Origin: an uncultured Armatimonadia bacterium
GTDB taxonomy: Bacteria; Armatimonadota; Zipacnadia; Zipacnadales; UBA5352
Direction of reading: 5' to 3'
Length of the DNA: 57,673 bases
Assembly: GCA_964484945.1 (NCBI GenBank)
Contig: CAZAHB010000005.1
Span: 1 to 57,673, forward strand
A model generated the notes under the pieces. The model did no database searches. It was given only the letters and a program-made list of their open reading frames with translations, and had not been told where the DNA came from. Made by a program: the position numbers and the translations under genes. Positions within the stretch are counted from its first letter, which is position 1. Every line of letters begins with the position of its first letter. Positions 18,695-26,787 of this stretch are shown in pieces.

Positions 18695-20302
18695 ATGAGT
18701 TACAACATCTACTGGGGCGACATGCACACTCAGTTCAACCTCGCACACATGCGGCTGCAGGTCGATGGCGTTGATGCCGTCGCGGAGCCGCCGGAGGATC
18801 TCGCGGACTGCGAGGACTTCGTGCGCGAAGCATTTGAGGGCGCGCGAGACTATCTGGACTTCTTCCCCATCGTTTACTACCCCGCACATTCCACCCGCGA
18901 CCCCGAGCCGCGCTCCCGCTGGGACCCGGTCGGCTGGAAGGACTACTACGAGGCCGACTGGGAGATGATCTGCTCGCTGGTCAAGGAGTATCACGCGCCC
19001 GGCGATTTCGTGACCTTTGCGGGCTACGAGTGGACCGGCGACCGCACCCGCTGGGGCGACCACAATGTCTTCTACCCTTTCGATGACCCGCCGCTGGACC
19101 TGTCGCTGCACATCGACGACCTCTACGCGAATCTGCGCGAGGCCGGCGCCATCGCCATCCCCCACCACACCGCCTACGCCTTCGCCAACCGCGGGAAGGA
19201 CTGGGCGCACTACGACAGCGAGGTCTCGCCCTTCGGGGAGATCTACTCGGTGCACGGGTCCTCCGAGGGCTGCAACACGCCCTTCAGGATGTATCGCAAC
19301 GGCTCGATGGCCCCGCGGGTGTCGATGAACACCATTCAGTCCGGTCTCGATCACGGCTACCGCCTCGGCATCATCGCCTCGGGCGACAACGGCCAGGGCT
19401 TCGCCGGCAAGTGGGGCATCGGCATGATGGCCGCGCTGGCCGAGGACCTCACACGCGAGTCGCTGTGGGACGCGTTCATGCAGCGGCGCGTCTACGGCGT
19501 CACCGGGGACCGGATCAAGCTCGATTACTCCCTTGGCGATGCGCCGATGGGTTCGGTCCTGGACGGTGGCGATGAGCATACGTTGCGCGCGTCGGTGGAG
19601 TGCACGGAGGCGCTGGACCGGATCGAGGTCATCCGCAACGGGCGTGTCGCGCATACCTGCAACCACGCGGGCACGTGGGAAGCGCCCACCGAGGGCACAG
19701 TCCGCTGCAAGATCCCGTTCGAGTTCGGCTGGGGGCCAATCGAAGGCTACGGCTTCGACGTGAGCGAGAAGCAGTGGCAGGGGCGCTTCCGCATCGCCGA
19801 GGGCCGAGTGGTGTCCGTCGAGGGGGCGTTCACCCGGCATGGGAACTCGTGGGAGCAGACCGGGGACGGTGAGGTCGAGTTCGAACTGACCACCGATCCG
19901 CGGCGACACGCAGCGACGGATACCGCGCAACAGCGCCTGATCGTGGAGGTCGAGGCGCCGGCGGACGCGCTCTGCGTGCTGGAGTGCGACAACCATCGGA
20001 TCACGTTCACGCCGGCGGAGGCGATGCAGCGCAGCGGGCTGATCGTCTACGATCAGCAGTGTCGCGAGCGTATCCGCGAGCAATTCGGCGACCAGACGGG
20101 CGAATGGGACGATCTGCGCGACGCGGTCTATCATAATGCGCACATCATCAAGCGCCACATCGCGGTCCCGGAGGCTGGCTACACCGCCGAGATCGACCTT
20201 GACCAGACCGACTTTGCCCCGGGCCGCAACTACGTCTACCTGCGCGTGAGCCAGCTCAACGGCCAGTACGCGTGGTCCAGTCCAGTATGGGTGGATGTGT
20301 GA
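18695..20302 (+). CDS. DUF3604/PHP-fold metallohydrolase-like protein
   Basis: YWGDMHTQ, TFAGYEWTG, GDHNV, IPHHT, EIYSVHGSSE, GIIASGDN, RRVYGVTGDRI; GGAGG RBS. Confidence 0.75.
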   Translation: MSYNIYWGDMHTQFNLAHMRLQVDGVDAVAEPPEDLADCEDFVREAFEGARDYLDFFPIVYYPAHSTRDPEPRSRWDPVGWKDYYEADWEMICSLVKEYHAPGDFVTFAGYEWTGDRTRWGDHNVFYPFDDPPLDLSLHIDDLYANLREAGAIAIPHHTAYAFANRGKDWAHYDSEVSPFGEIYSVHGSSEGCNTPFRMYRNGSMAPRVSMNTIQSGLDHGYRLGIIASGDNGQGFAGKWGIGMMAALAEDLTRESLWDAFMQRRVYGVTGDRIKLDYSLGDAPMGSVLDGGDEHTLRASVECTEALDRIEVIRNGRVAHTCNHAGTWEAPTEGTVRCKIPFEFGWGPIEGYGFDVSEKQWQGRFRIAEGRVVSVEGAFTRHGNSWEQTGDGEVEFELTTDPRRHAATDTAQQRLIVEVEAPADALCVLECDNHRITFTPAEAMQRSGLIVYDQQCRERIREQFGDQTGEWDDLRDAVYHNAHIIKRHIAVPEAGYTAEIDLDQTDFAPGRNYVYLRVSQLNGQYAWSSPVWVDV

Positions 20303-20454
20303 ACGGCAGTCATCGGTCACACGTCGCAAGCTGCAAGCTAACGGCGAAACGGCGCCAGCGCCCAGTCGTTTGGAGGGCGCGGTCCTACGTGGCCGCCCGG
20401 CGTTATTCGCCCCGCCAACTTCGGGGCACCAGAACGAAGGAGAGGTGACCGCCC

Positions 20455-20580
20455 ATGCCTGACCTCACCTGCGTGACCTGGTGCGGCCTCTACTGCCGCC
20501 TCTGCGGGCACATGGCGCGGCTCCTCCCGTTCCGTTACGCCTTCAGGAGCGACGCATGCCCCGGTGCAGGCCTCGGCCGT
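20455..20580 (+). pseudogene. remnant of a small Cys-rich DUF3795-like protein
   Basis: Good RBS (AAGGAGAGGT) and start MPDLTCVTWCGLYCRLC..; similarity ends after CPG and the frame runs into the opposite-strand gene. Confidence 0.4.
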
Positions 20581-20595
20581 TCGCCGATCTCCGTT

Positions 20596-20650
20596 CCCCT
20601 TCCCACTCCCCCATCCCCACTCCCCCTGCCTTACTCCCCCTCATACCCCC
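20596..20650 (-). repeat. G-tract array with ACTCCCCC repeated at a 14-bp period (G-quadruplex-capable on the minus strand)
   Basis: Minus strand GGGGG tatga GGGGG agtaaggca GGGGG agt GGGG at GGGGG agt GGG aa GGGG; forward ACTCCCCC at 20605, 20619, 20633. Confidence 0.75.
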
Positions 20651-21866
20651 GCTCGCGCCAGACCGCGCGGGAGTACTCGATCTGCCGTTCGGTGGGCTCC
20701 TTCTCCCCGTCGATACTCGGCCACGGGTCACCCTCGCGCGGGTCGGGGCGCCAGTCGTCGTCCTCGTACCGCTTGCGATCCTCCTCGCGCCGGAAGTCGG
20801 GGACATCGACGGTGTTGCTGTCATCAAGCGCCGAGCGGTAGGCCAGCGGCCCTATGATCGACATCGCGACACCGCGGTACACGTCGAGGAACGGAGGTTC
20901 GCCGGTGCGGATCGCCTCCGCGAAGTGGTAGTTGGTGAAGAAGTCCCCGCCGCCGTGGCCGGTCTTCACTGCCTCCTCATGGTGCTCGGGGAAGTCCGGC
21001 CGGTAGATGATCTCCTCGGGGTGCTCGCGCTCCTGATGATACTGCTCGCGCACCACGCGCAGCATGTTCCTCTCGCCGGTGCGCAGGTTCTCCATCAGCC
21101 CCCGTGAGCCATGCACGCGCACCCACACGCCATGTCCGCGCAACCGCACCTGAACCAGCCGCACGACCGCGTCGTTGTCCATCCGCAGGGCGATCATCGA
21201 CGCACAGTCGCCGAACTTGATGACCCGCTCCATCACCGGATCGTCATCGCGACAGCGCATGATGAACCCGTTGACCTTCTCCGGCCACGTGTCGGTGATG
21301 AACATGATCGGCGCGAGCGCATGGGTGCAGTAGTACGTGGCCGGGATCCAGTTGCGCCAGTGATACATGCCCGGCGAACGGCCCATCACCACATCCGCGG
21401 GATCGGGATGGATGTACTCACCCTCCGCGTACATCACAGTCCCGACCTCGCCGGCCTGGTAGAGCCGCCGCATCTCCTGGTTGAAGACCATGTACGGGTA
21501 GTTTTCGGCGAACATATACGTAAGGCCGGTGCGCTCGACGGTGCGCACAAGCTCCACACCCTCCGCCAGCGTGAAGCAGGCGGCGGTCTCGCTCATCACG
21601 TGCATGCCCGCGTTCAGCGCCTTGATCGCGAATGGCGCGTGCTCGTGGAAGTAGTTGGCGAGGATCACCGCGTCCATGTCGTGTTCGAGGAACTTTTCGA
21701 AATCGGTGTAGGTCTCGACCCCGAACTGGTCGCCAAGCTCCTCCAGCCGCTCCTCCCACGTGTCGCAGAGCGCGACAAGCTCCATCCCAACGCGCTCACC
21801 GGTGCCACGCGCGAAGGTCTGGCCTCGACCCACGCCGACAACTCCGACCCTGATCGCATCAGACAT
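20631..21866 (-). CDS. Gfo/Idh/MocA family oxidoreductase
   Basis: IRVGVVGVGRG, DAVILANYFHEHAPFAIKAL, HVMSE, AENYPY, YCTHAL, GHGGGD. Confidence 0.92.
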   Translation of the reverse strand: MSDAIRVGVVGVGRGQTFARGTGERVGMELVALCDTWEERLEELGDQFGVETYTDFEKFLEHDMDAVILANYFHEHAPFAIKALNAGMHVMSETAACFTLAEGVELVRTVERTGLTYMFAENYPYMVFNQEMRRLYQAGEVGTVMYAEGEYIHPDPADVVMGRSPGMYHWRNWIPATYYCTHALAPIMFITDTWPEKVNGFIMRCRDDDPVMERVIKFGDCASMIALRMDNDAVVRLVQVRLRGHGVWVRVHGSRGLMENLRTGERNMLRVVREQYHQEREHPEEIIYRPDFPEHHEEAVKTGHGGGDFFTNYHFAEAIRTGEPPFLDVYRGVAMSIIGPLAYRSALDDSNTVDVPDFRREEDRKRYEDDDWRPDPREGDPWPSIDGEKEPTERQIEYSRAVWRERGYEGE

Positions 21867-21880
21867 GACAATCCTCCGCT

Positions 21881-22300
21881 CTACTCAACGAGCGATATCC
21901 CGTTGGTGTCCTGATAGAAGAGTACGACCTCCACTGGCGGTTGGGCCTCTGCGGCGATGGCGCGGGCCTCGCGCAGGCGCTCTTCGTGAAATTGCCGCTC
22001 GGCTTCGGCGCTATCGAAGCGCTCGCTGCCACCGTACGCGCCGCAATCCACGTGATCGACAATGACCAGCCGCTTCACACCATGCAGCGAGACGCCAAGC
22101 TCCAGCGCCTCGAGAATAATCTCGCGGGGACGGGGATCGATCAGCGCCTTCGAGCCGCCGCAGCCCCCGGGGGAATCGTGCCTGAAGCACTCCACACCGA
22201 AGTACGCCGCCAGCAGGTCCGACAGTTCCGCGTGAAAGCGGTAGTCCATACAGCGCACAACCATATTCTCGCACGTGCAGCCATCGTCTGATGTCTCCAA
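21881..22300 (-). CDS. beta-carbonic anhydrase-like small protein
   Basis: RCMDYRF, PGG, IVDHVDCGAYGG (Cys-x-Asp...His-x-x-Cys zinc ligands); TTG start at 22300 or ATG at 22264. Confidence 0.72.
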   Translation of the reverse strand: METSDDGCTCENMVVRCMDYRFHAELSDLLAAYFGVECFRHDSPGGCGGSKALIDPRPREIILEALELGVSLHGVKRLVIVDHVDCGAYGGSERFDSAEAERQFHEERLREARAIAAEAQPPVEVVLFYQDTNGISLVE

Positions 22301-22341
22301 CGTCTCACCCCTGCAGTCCGTCGTTGCTTTCGTCGCTGTCG

Positions 22342-24759
22342 TTACTCCTCCATGACCCATACGCGCTTGTAGATGCCGCCCTTGCCCGCCGAATCACGGA
22401 CCGCAACGGCAAGGTAGTTCCAGCCATCAAAGCGCAGATGGTCGCCGATGTCGATCGTGAAGGGCGTCTTCCAGCCGTCCTGGCCCTCCATCCTGTGATC
22501 CGCCACAATATGGCCGTTCAGCCAGATCTTCGCATCCTCGTCCACTGAGCCGAAGAAGAGCACCAGTTTCTTGCCCCTATGCTTCGGCTCGAGTTTGAAG
22601 CGGGTGCGATACCATCCGAGGCCGTTATACTGCTCCCCATGATCGGCCTCCCACTGCCGCCCGGGCTTCTGGTCCTCCCAGAACCTCGTGGTGCGGATCG
22701 AGGTCCAGCCCTCCGCGGACCTCTGCAGCACCCACCACTCTTCGCTCTCCCCCACCTCGTCAGGGTCAAAGCGGAAGTGCCACTTCTCCGGCAGCAGCTT
22801 CACAGCCTTCCGGTCACCGATGTCCCGCACGAGTTTGTATCCGGCGAAATCTCCGTACCTGGTATCGCGCCACATGGCCCAGTAGGGGTTGATCACGTTC
22901 CGCTTCCCGATAGCCATGCGGTAGTCGTGCATGCGCCTGATGGTCGCAACATCCGCGGCGAGGTCTCCGGTCTCACCGGAGTTGATGCGCTCGGTGGCGG
23001 CGATTGCGTCCGCGGTCATTTCCGCGTGGCGAAGCGCCTGCAGAAGCTGTTGGACGCGCTCGCGCACGATCTCTGGCTCGTCCAGCACCAGGCGCCGGGC
23101 CTCCATCAGTATGTCGCGGGCGGGTGCGAAGGCCTCGTCATCGTACATGAGCGGAATCGCGCGCTCACTACCGCGGCCATAGTTCTGGTAGCCAAGCTCG
23201 TACGCCCTGTCCCGCCACTTCTGCCACTCGCGCGGCCAGAATTCGTTCCAGTACTCGAAGTACTCGCGGACTTTCGGGCCAGCGGCGCCAAAGGCCGCGT
23301 AGTAATCTTCGAGTATCGCCTCGGCGGATGCATCGGTGTCCCAGTGCAGTTGGGACAGAAGGTAGTAGACGGGCCCCTGTGCGAGCCACTGGCCGGACAG
23401 TGAGTCGAAGTCGGTGCCGATCATGCCGTTCCGGGCGGCGAACTTGAAGTCCGCTGCCATTTGATGCAGCGGCGCCCGCGGGACCGTATGCAACGCGCCC
23501 AGCCAGTTCGGGCGCAGGAACAGCTTCGTCGCCTGTTTGTGCCAGGCCATCCAGTCATCCTGGAACTGCTCGCTCTGCTCGCCAGAGTTCGGATAGCCGA
23601 CCGCCGGCACAAAGCCGATGATGATGTTCGGCTCCAGCGTGGTCTCGCGCGGGGGGAAGCGGTAGCGCGAGTAGGCGTAGGCGGCAACATGCGCGTCCGC
23701 GTCCACCTCTCTGACGCGCCTGGCCAGTTCGTTGTAGAACTTCGCGTAGCGATCGGTGAGGATCACCCGCTCGCCCTTGGGCGTCTGCTCCGTGTAGCCC
23801 GGCACGTCCCACGAGGCACAGCTTTCACACTCGCAGAACCCGCCACCGTCATTCTCGCAGGCATTCAGCGTCTGGTACGCGAGGGGATTGTCCTCCCACT
23901 TTCGCTTCCACTCGGCCACAACCGCGTTCCACAGTTTCGGCTCGGAGACGCACATCTTGACGCGATCCGGCGGCCCCCACGGCCTCCGCTCCCCCTTGTA
24001 AAGCGCGAAGTACTCGGGGTGCTCATCACCGTAACGCTCCCACCAGTCGGTGAACGAGTGGCCGTAGTTTATGAACAGCGATCGGCCCATGCGCATCCTG
24101 CGCAGCCACTCGCGCTCATCTTCCTGAAGGTCCCGTACGACATCGCGATCCAGCCGACCCGTGAACTGTTCGATCCGGTTCAGGAATGTGCTGCGGATAG
24201 TATTGCGCAGCTTGCGCTGCTTGATCTGCGGGACCTCATGAACGTCGATCTCCCCCACGCTGACGGTCGGTTCATCAGGGATGACCGTGCCCGTCTCACC
24301 CGGCCACAGCCACTTCACTCCCACCTGATCCTGCAGAAAATCGTAGACGGCGTAGAGGGTGCCGACCTGGTTGTGCCAGCTGTACGGATCATCCCGATCG
24401 CCCGGCCCAAGCCGATCGCCGCCGACGATGAAGAGGTCCCCGTCGGCGGTCACGATGCGAATTGCCTCCGGCTCAATGGCTTCTACATCGATCCCGGCTG
24501 CCGCCGCGGCATCACAGGGCCCGACGTAGATCACGTGCGCGATCTCGGACGGACAGTCGTTCTCCGTGACGAGAGGGATATCCGCCCCCGATACCGCCTG
24601 CAAGTGCTGCTGAAGCTCCTCTGCAGGAAAGCGATGGATCTGCATGGCGTCCTCAGGCACGACGATAACGCAGTTCGACGCGCCGTCTACGGTCAGGTCT
24701 ATCGCAACCGCGGGGAGTGCACACATCACCGCGAGAACGATGGCGACTTTCGTTCGCAT
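22342..24759 (-). CDS. secreted DUF4838 domain protein with C-terminal GH2-type sugar-binding domain
   Basis: Signal peptide; GTLYAVYDFL, GVKWLWPG, GHSF, HPEYFAL, KMCVSEP, NDGGGFCEC, AYSRY; C-terminus YNGLGWYRTRF, LFFGSVDEDAKIWLNG, GGIYKRVW. Confidence 0.85.
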   Translation of the reverse strand: MRTKVAIVLAVMCALPAVAIDLTVDGASNCVIVVPEDAMQIHRFPAEELQQHLQAVSGADIPLVTENDCPSEIAHVIYVGPCDAAAAAGIDVEAIEPEAIRIVTADGDLFIVGGDRLGPGDRDDPYSWHNQVGTLYAVYDFLQDQVGVKWLWPGETGTVIPDEPTVSVGEIDVHEVPQIKQRKLRNTIRSTFLNRIEQFTGRLDRDVVRDLQEDEREWLRRMRMGRSLFINYGHSFTDWWERYGDEHPEYFALYKGERRPWGPPDRVKMCVSEPKLWNAVVAEWKRKWEDNPLAYQTLNACENDGGGFCECESCASWDVPGYTEQTPKGERVILTDRYAKFYNELARRVREVDADAHVAAYAYSRYRFPPRETTLEPNIIIGFVPAVGYPNSGEQSEQFQDDWMAWHKQATKLFLRPNWLGALHTVPRAPLHQMAADFKFAARNGMIGTDFDSLSGQWLAQGPVYYLLSQLHWDTDASAEAILEDYYAAFGAAGPKVREYFEYWNEFWPREWQKWRDRAYELGYQNYGRGSERAIPLMYDDEAFAPARDILMEARRLVLDEPEIVRERVQQLLQALRHAEMTADAIAATERINSGETGDLAADVATIRRMHDYRMAIGKRNVINPYWAMWRDTRYGDFAGYKLVRDIGDRKAVKLLPEKWHFRFDPDEVGESEEWWVLQRSAEGWTSIRTTRFWEDQKPGRQWEADHGEQYNGLGWYRTRFKLEPKHRGKKLVLFFGSVDEDAKIWLNGHIVADHRMEGQDGWKTPFTIDIGDHLRFDGWNYLAVAVRDSAGKGGIYKRVWVMEE

Positions 24760-24921
24760 GGCAACGACCTCCGGCAGGTCGGGCTGTTAGCGACATGCCA
24801 ATTCAACGCGGGAGCCATCGGGCCCTGCATGGAAGGCCCTCTGACGCCGCCGGCGAATTGTTCTCTGTCAATCATACTCCGACAAGAGCCAAGTGAGAGC
24901 GCGACGATTACGAGGGATAAC

Positions 24922-25443
24922 GTGGATACCGGCAGCGAGATGATCCTCGAGATGCTCCGGCGGAGCTACTTCGCCGCCGACGGCCTTTGGTTCGTTATGC
25001 TCGAGGAGGAAGACGGCCTCGAGCACGCCATGGACATAGACGAGCGCGTATGGCGGGTGATGCCGAAGATTCAGGCGCGAAAGGCGCGAGAGTTGATGGG
25101 CGTGGAGGATCATACACCGGCGGCGCTGGTCCGCTGCATGGCGCTCAAGTTCGCCGCCGAGGGGCACCGGTATGATCTGTCCGTGGAGAACCAGAACGCC
25201 GCGTCACTCGTCATTTCAAAGTGCCCGTGGCGCGAGATCCTCGAGGACAGCGGTCGCGAGCACCTGGGCCCTCAGATCGCCGACCGGATCTGTGCGACGG
25301 AGGCAGCGGTGTGGGCCGAGGAGTTCTCCCCTGAGGTGGGCCCTCCCGTTGAGGCCGAGTTGGTTGAGGCGATCTGTCACGGAGACGAGCACTGTCGCGT
25401 CGTGTTTCGCACGAGGACCGAGGAAGTGACCGATGATGAGTGA
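24922..25443 (+). CDS. DUF6125-like (V4R/ATC-hydrolase-fold) protein
   Basis: YFAADGLWF, DERVWRVMPKIQARKAR, KCPW, C..E..W, AICHGDEHCRVVF; GAGGG RBS before GTG; it is the real 3' part of track ORF 23461..25443. Confidence 0.7.
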   Translation: MDTGSEMILEMLRRSYFAADGLWFVMLEEEDGLEHAMDIDERVWRVMPKIQARKARELMGVEDHTPAALVRCMALKFAAEGHRYDLSVENQNAASLVISKCPWREILEDSGREHLGPQIADRICATEAAVWAEEFSPEVGPPVEAELVEAICHGDEHCRVVFRTRTEEVTDDE

Positions 25444-26701
25444 GGTAGAAATGCCGAAAGAACCGCTGACTGTCCTGATCAAACCTGCGGGCCCTGACTG
25501 CAACCTGGCCTGCAGGTACTGCTTCTATTCCGGGAAGAGCGATGAACTGTATCCGGACTCACCGAAGCACCGCATGTCCGATGAGACGCTGAGAGAGTTG
25601 GTTCGCAAGTACATGAACTACCATGAGCGGGTGGTTCCCTTCGCCTGGCAGGGGGGGGAGCCGACGCTGATGGGGCTGGACTTTTATAAGCGGGCCGTGG
25701 AGTACCAGCAGCTTTACGGGCGCTCCGGCCAATCGGTGTCGAACTCGCTGCAGACGAATGCGGTGGTTCTCGACGATTCTGATTGGGCGCGATTTCTTCA
25801 CGAGTATCAATTCCTGGTGGGCGCGAGCATAGACGGCCCGCAGGAGGTCCATGACGCGTTCCGCGTGGACCATGCCGGAAACGCTTCGCACGCGAAGGTC
25901 GTCGCTGCGATTGATACCTTGCTTGAACATGACGTTGAGGTCAATATTCTCGCAATGGTGCAGCCAGAGAACGTGCATCAGCCCCGGGAGACCTATGAAT
26001 ACCTGCTGGGGCTCGGGGTCGATTTCCTGCAGTTCATTCCTCTGGCGGAACGCAACCCGTGCGGCCCGGGCCTGACCGACTTTACGATCAGCCCTGAGGA
26101 TTACGGGCGGTTCTTGTGCGAAGTCTTCGACATGTGGGCCGCCGAGGAGCCGCGCCAGGCATATGTGCGGATGTTCGATGACACCCTGGCGGTGCTGATG
26201 GGTCACGACCATCCAACCTGCATGTTCAGCGCCCACTGCGGCCCGTACTTCGTGGTAGAGCATAACGGAGATATCTACGCGTGCGATTTCTTCGTAGAGG
26301 AGCAGTGGAAGTACGGTAACATCCACGATCTGCGGTTCCACCACATCCCGCGTCTGGAGCGATACAGTACGTTCCGCGCGCGGAAGACCGCCGGACTCGA
26401 TGAGTGCGCGGAGTGCAGGTGGTTTGGGTTGTGCCACGGGGGGTGCCCGAAGTACCGGGTGATGCTCGGCGACGCGGCGCAGCCGACCTACTTCTGTAAG
26501 TCGTACCGAATGTTCTTCGAGCATGCGTACGATACGCTGCAGGAGATGGCCGAAGAGCTTCTCGCCGAGCAGGAGGAATCGCAACAGGCGTCGGACGCTG
26601 CGAACGTAATCACGCCCTCGCAGTTCCCCGAGCATGTGGGCCGGAACGATCCGTGCCCGTGTGGTAGCGGGAGGAAGTACAAGGACTGCTGCATGCCATG
26701 A
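25433..26701 (+). CDS. anaerobic sulfatase maturase (anSME-type radical SAM/SPASM) with C-terminal SEC-C motif
   Basis: LIKPAGPDCNLACRYCFY, FAWQGGEPTLMG, SLQTNA, VEHNGDIYACDFFV, CAEC..LCHGGCPKYR, YFCKSY, GRNDPCPCGSGRKYKDCC. Confidence 0.93.
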   Translation: MMSEVEMPKEPLTVLIKPAGPDCNLACRYCFYSGKSDELYPDSPKHRMSDETLRELVRKYMNYHERVVPFAWQGGEPTLMGLDFYKRAVEYQQLYGRSGQSVSNSLQTNAVVLDDSDWARFLHEYQFLVGASIDGPQEVHDAFRVDHAGNASHAKVVAAIDTLLEHDVEVNILAMVQPENVHQPRETYEYLLGLGVDFLQFIPLAERNPCGPGLTDFTISPEDYGRFLCEVFDMWAAEEPRQAYVRMFDDTLAVLMGHDHPTCMFSAHCGPYFVVEHNGDIYACDFFVEEQWKYGNIHDLRFHHIPRLERYSTFRARKTAGLDECAECRWFGLCHGGCPKYRVMLGDAAQPTYFCKSYRMFFEHAYDTLQEMAEELLAEQEESQQASDAANVITPSQFPEHVGRNDPCPCGSGRKYKDCCMP

Positions 26702-26729
26702 GGAAGCGTTTCTGACATTATCCGAATGA

Positions 26730-26757
26730 AAGGGCGCCGGCTGAAACCGGCGCCCTT
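26730..26757. terminator. hairpin between convergent genes (bidirectional terminator)
   Basis: Perfect 11-bp stem AAGGGCGCCGG-ctgaaa-CCGGCGCCCTT. Confidence 0.75.
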
Positions 26758-26787
26758 AATGAATCCGGTTTATCCGGTCGGGTCAGA

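Noticed and set aside
18575-20329. 584-aa minus-strand ORF (likewise 32261..34561, 48289..50469, 23461..24921, 8388..9758, 9842..11119, 14072..15262)
   Set aside because: Long antisense frames are expected opposite real genes at this GC content; they have no family motifs, whereas the opposite strands do
20455-20841. Full 128-aa plus-strand ORF as a real protein
   Set aside because: Beyond about codon 40 it is Pro/Ser-rich text from the C-tract and overlaps the Gfo/Idh/MocA gene on the opposite strand
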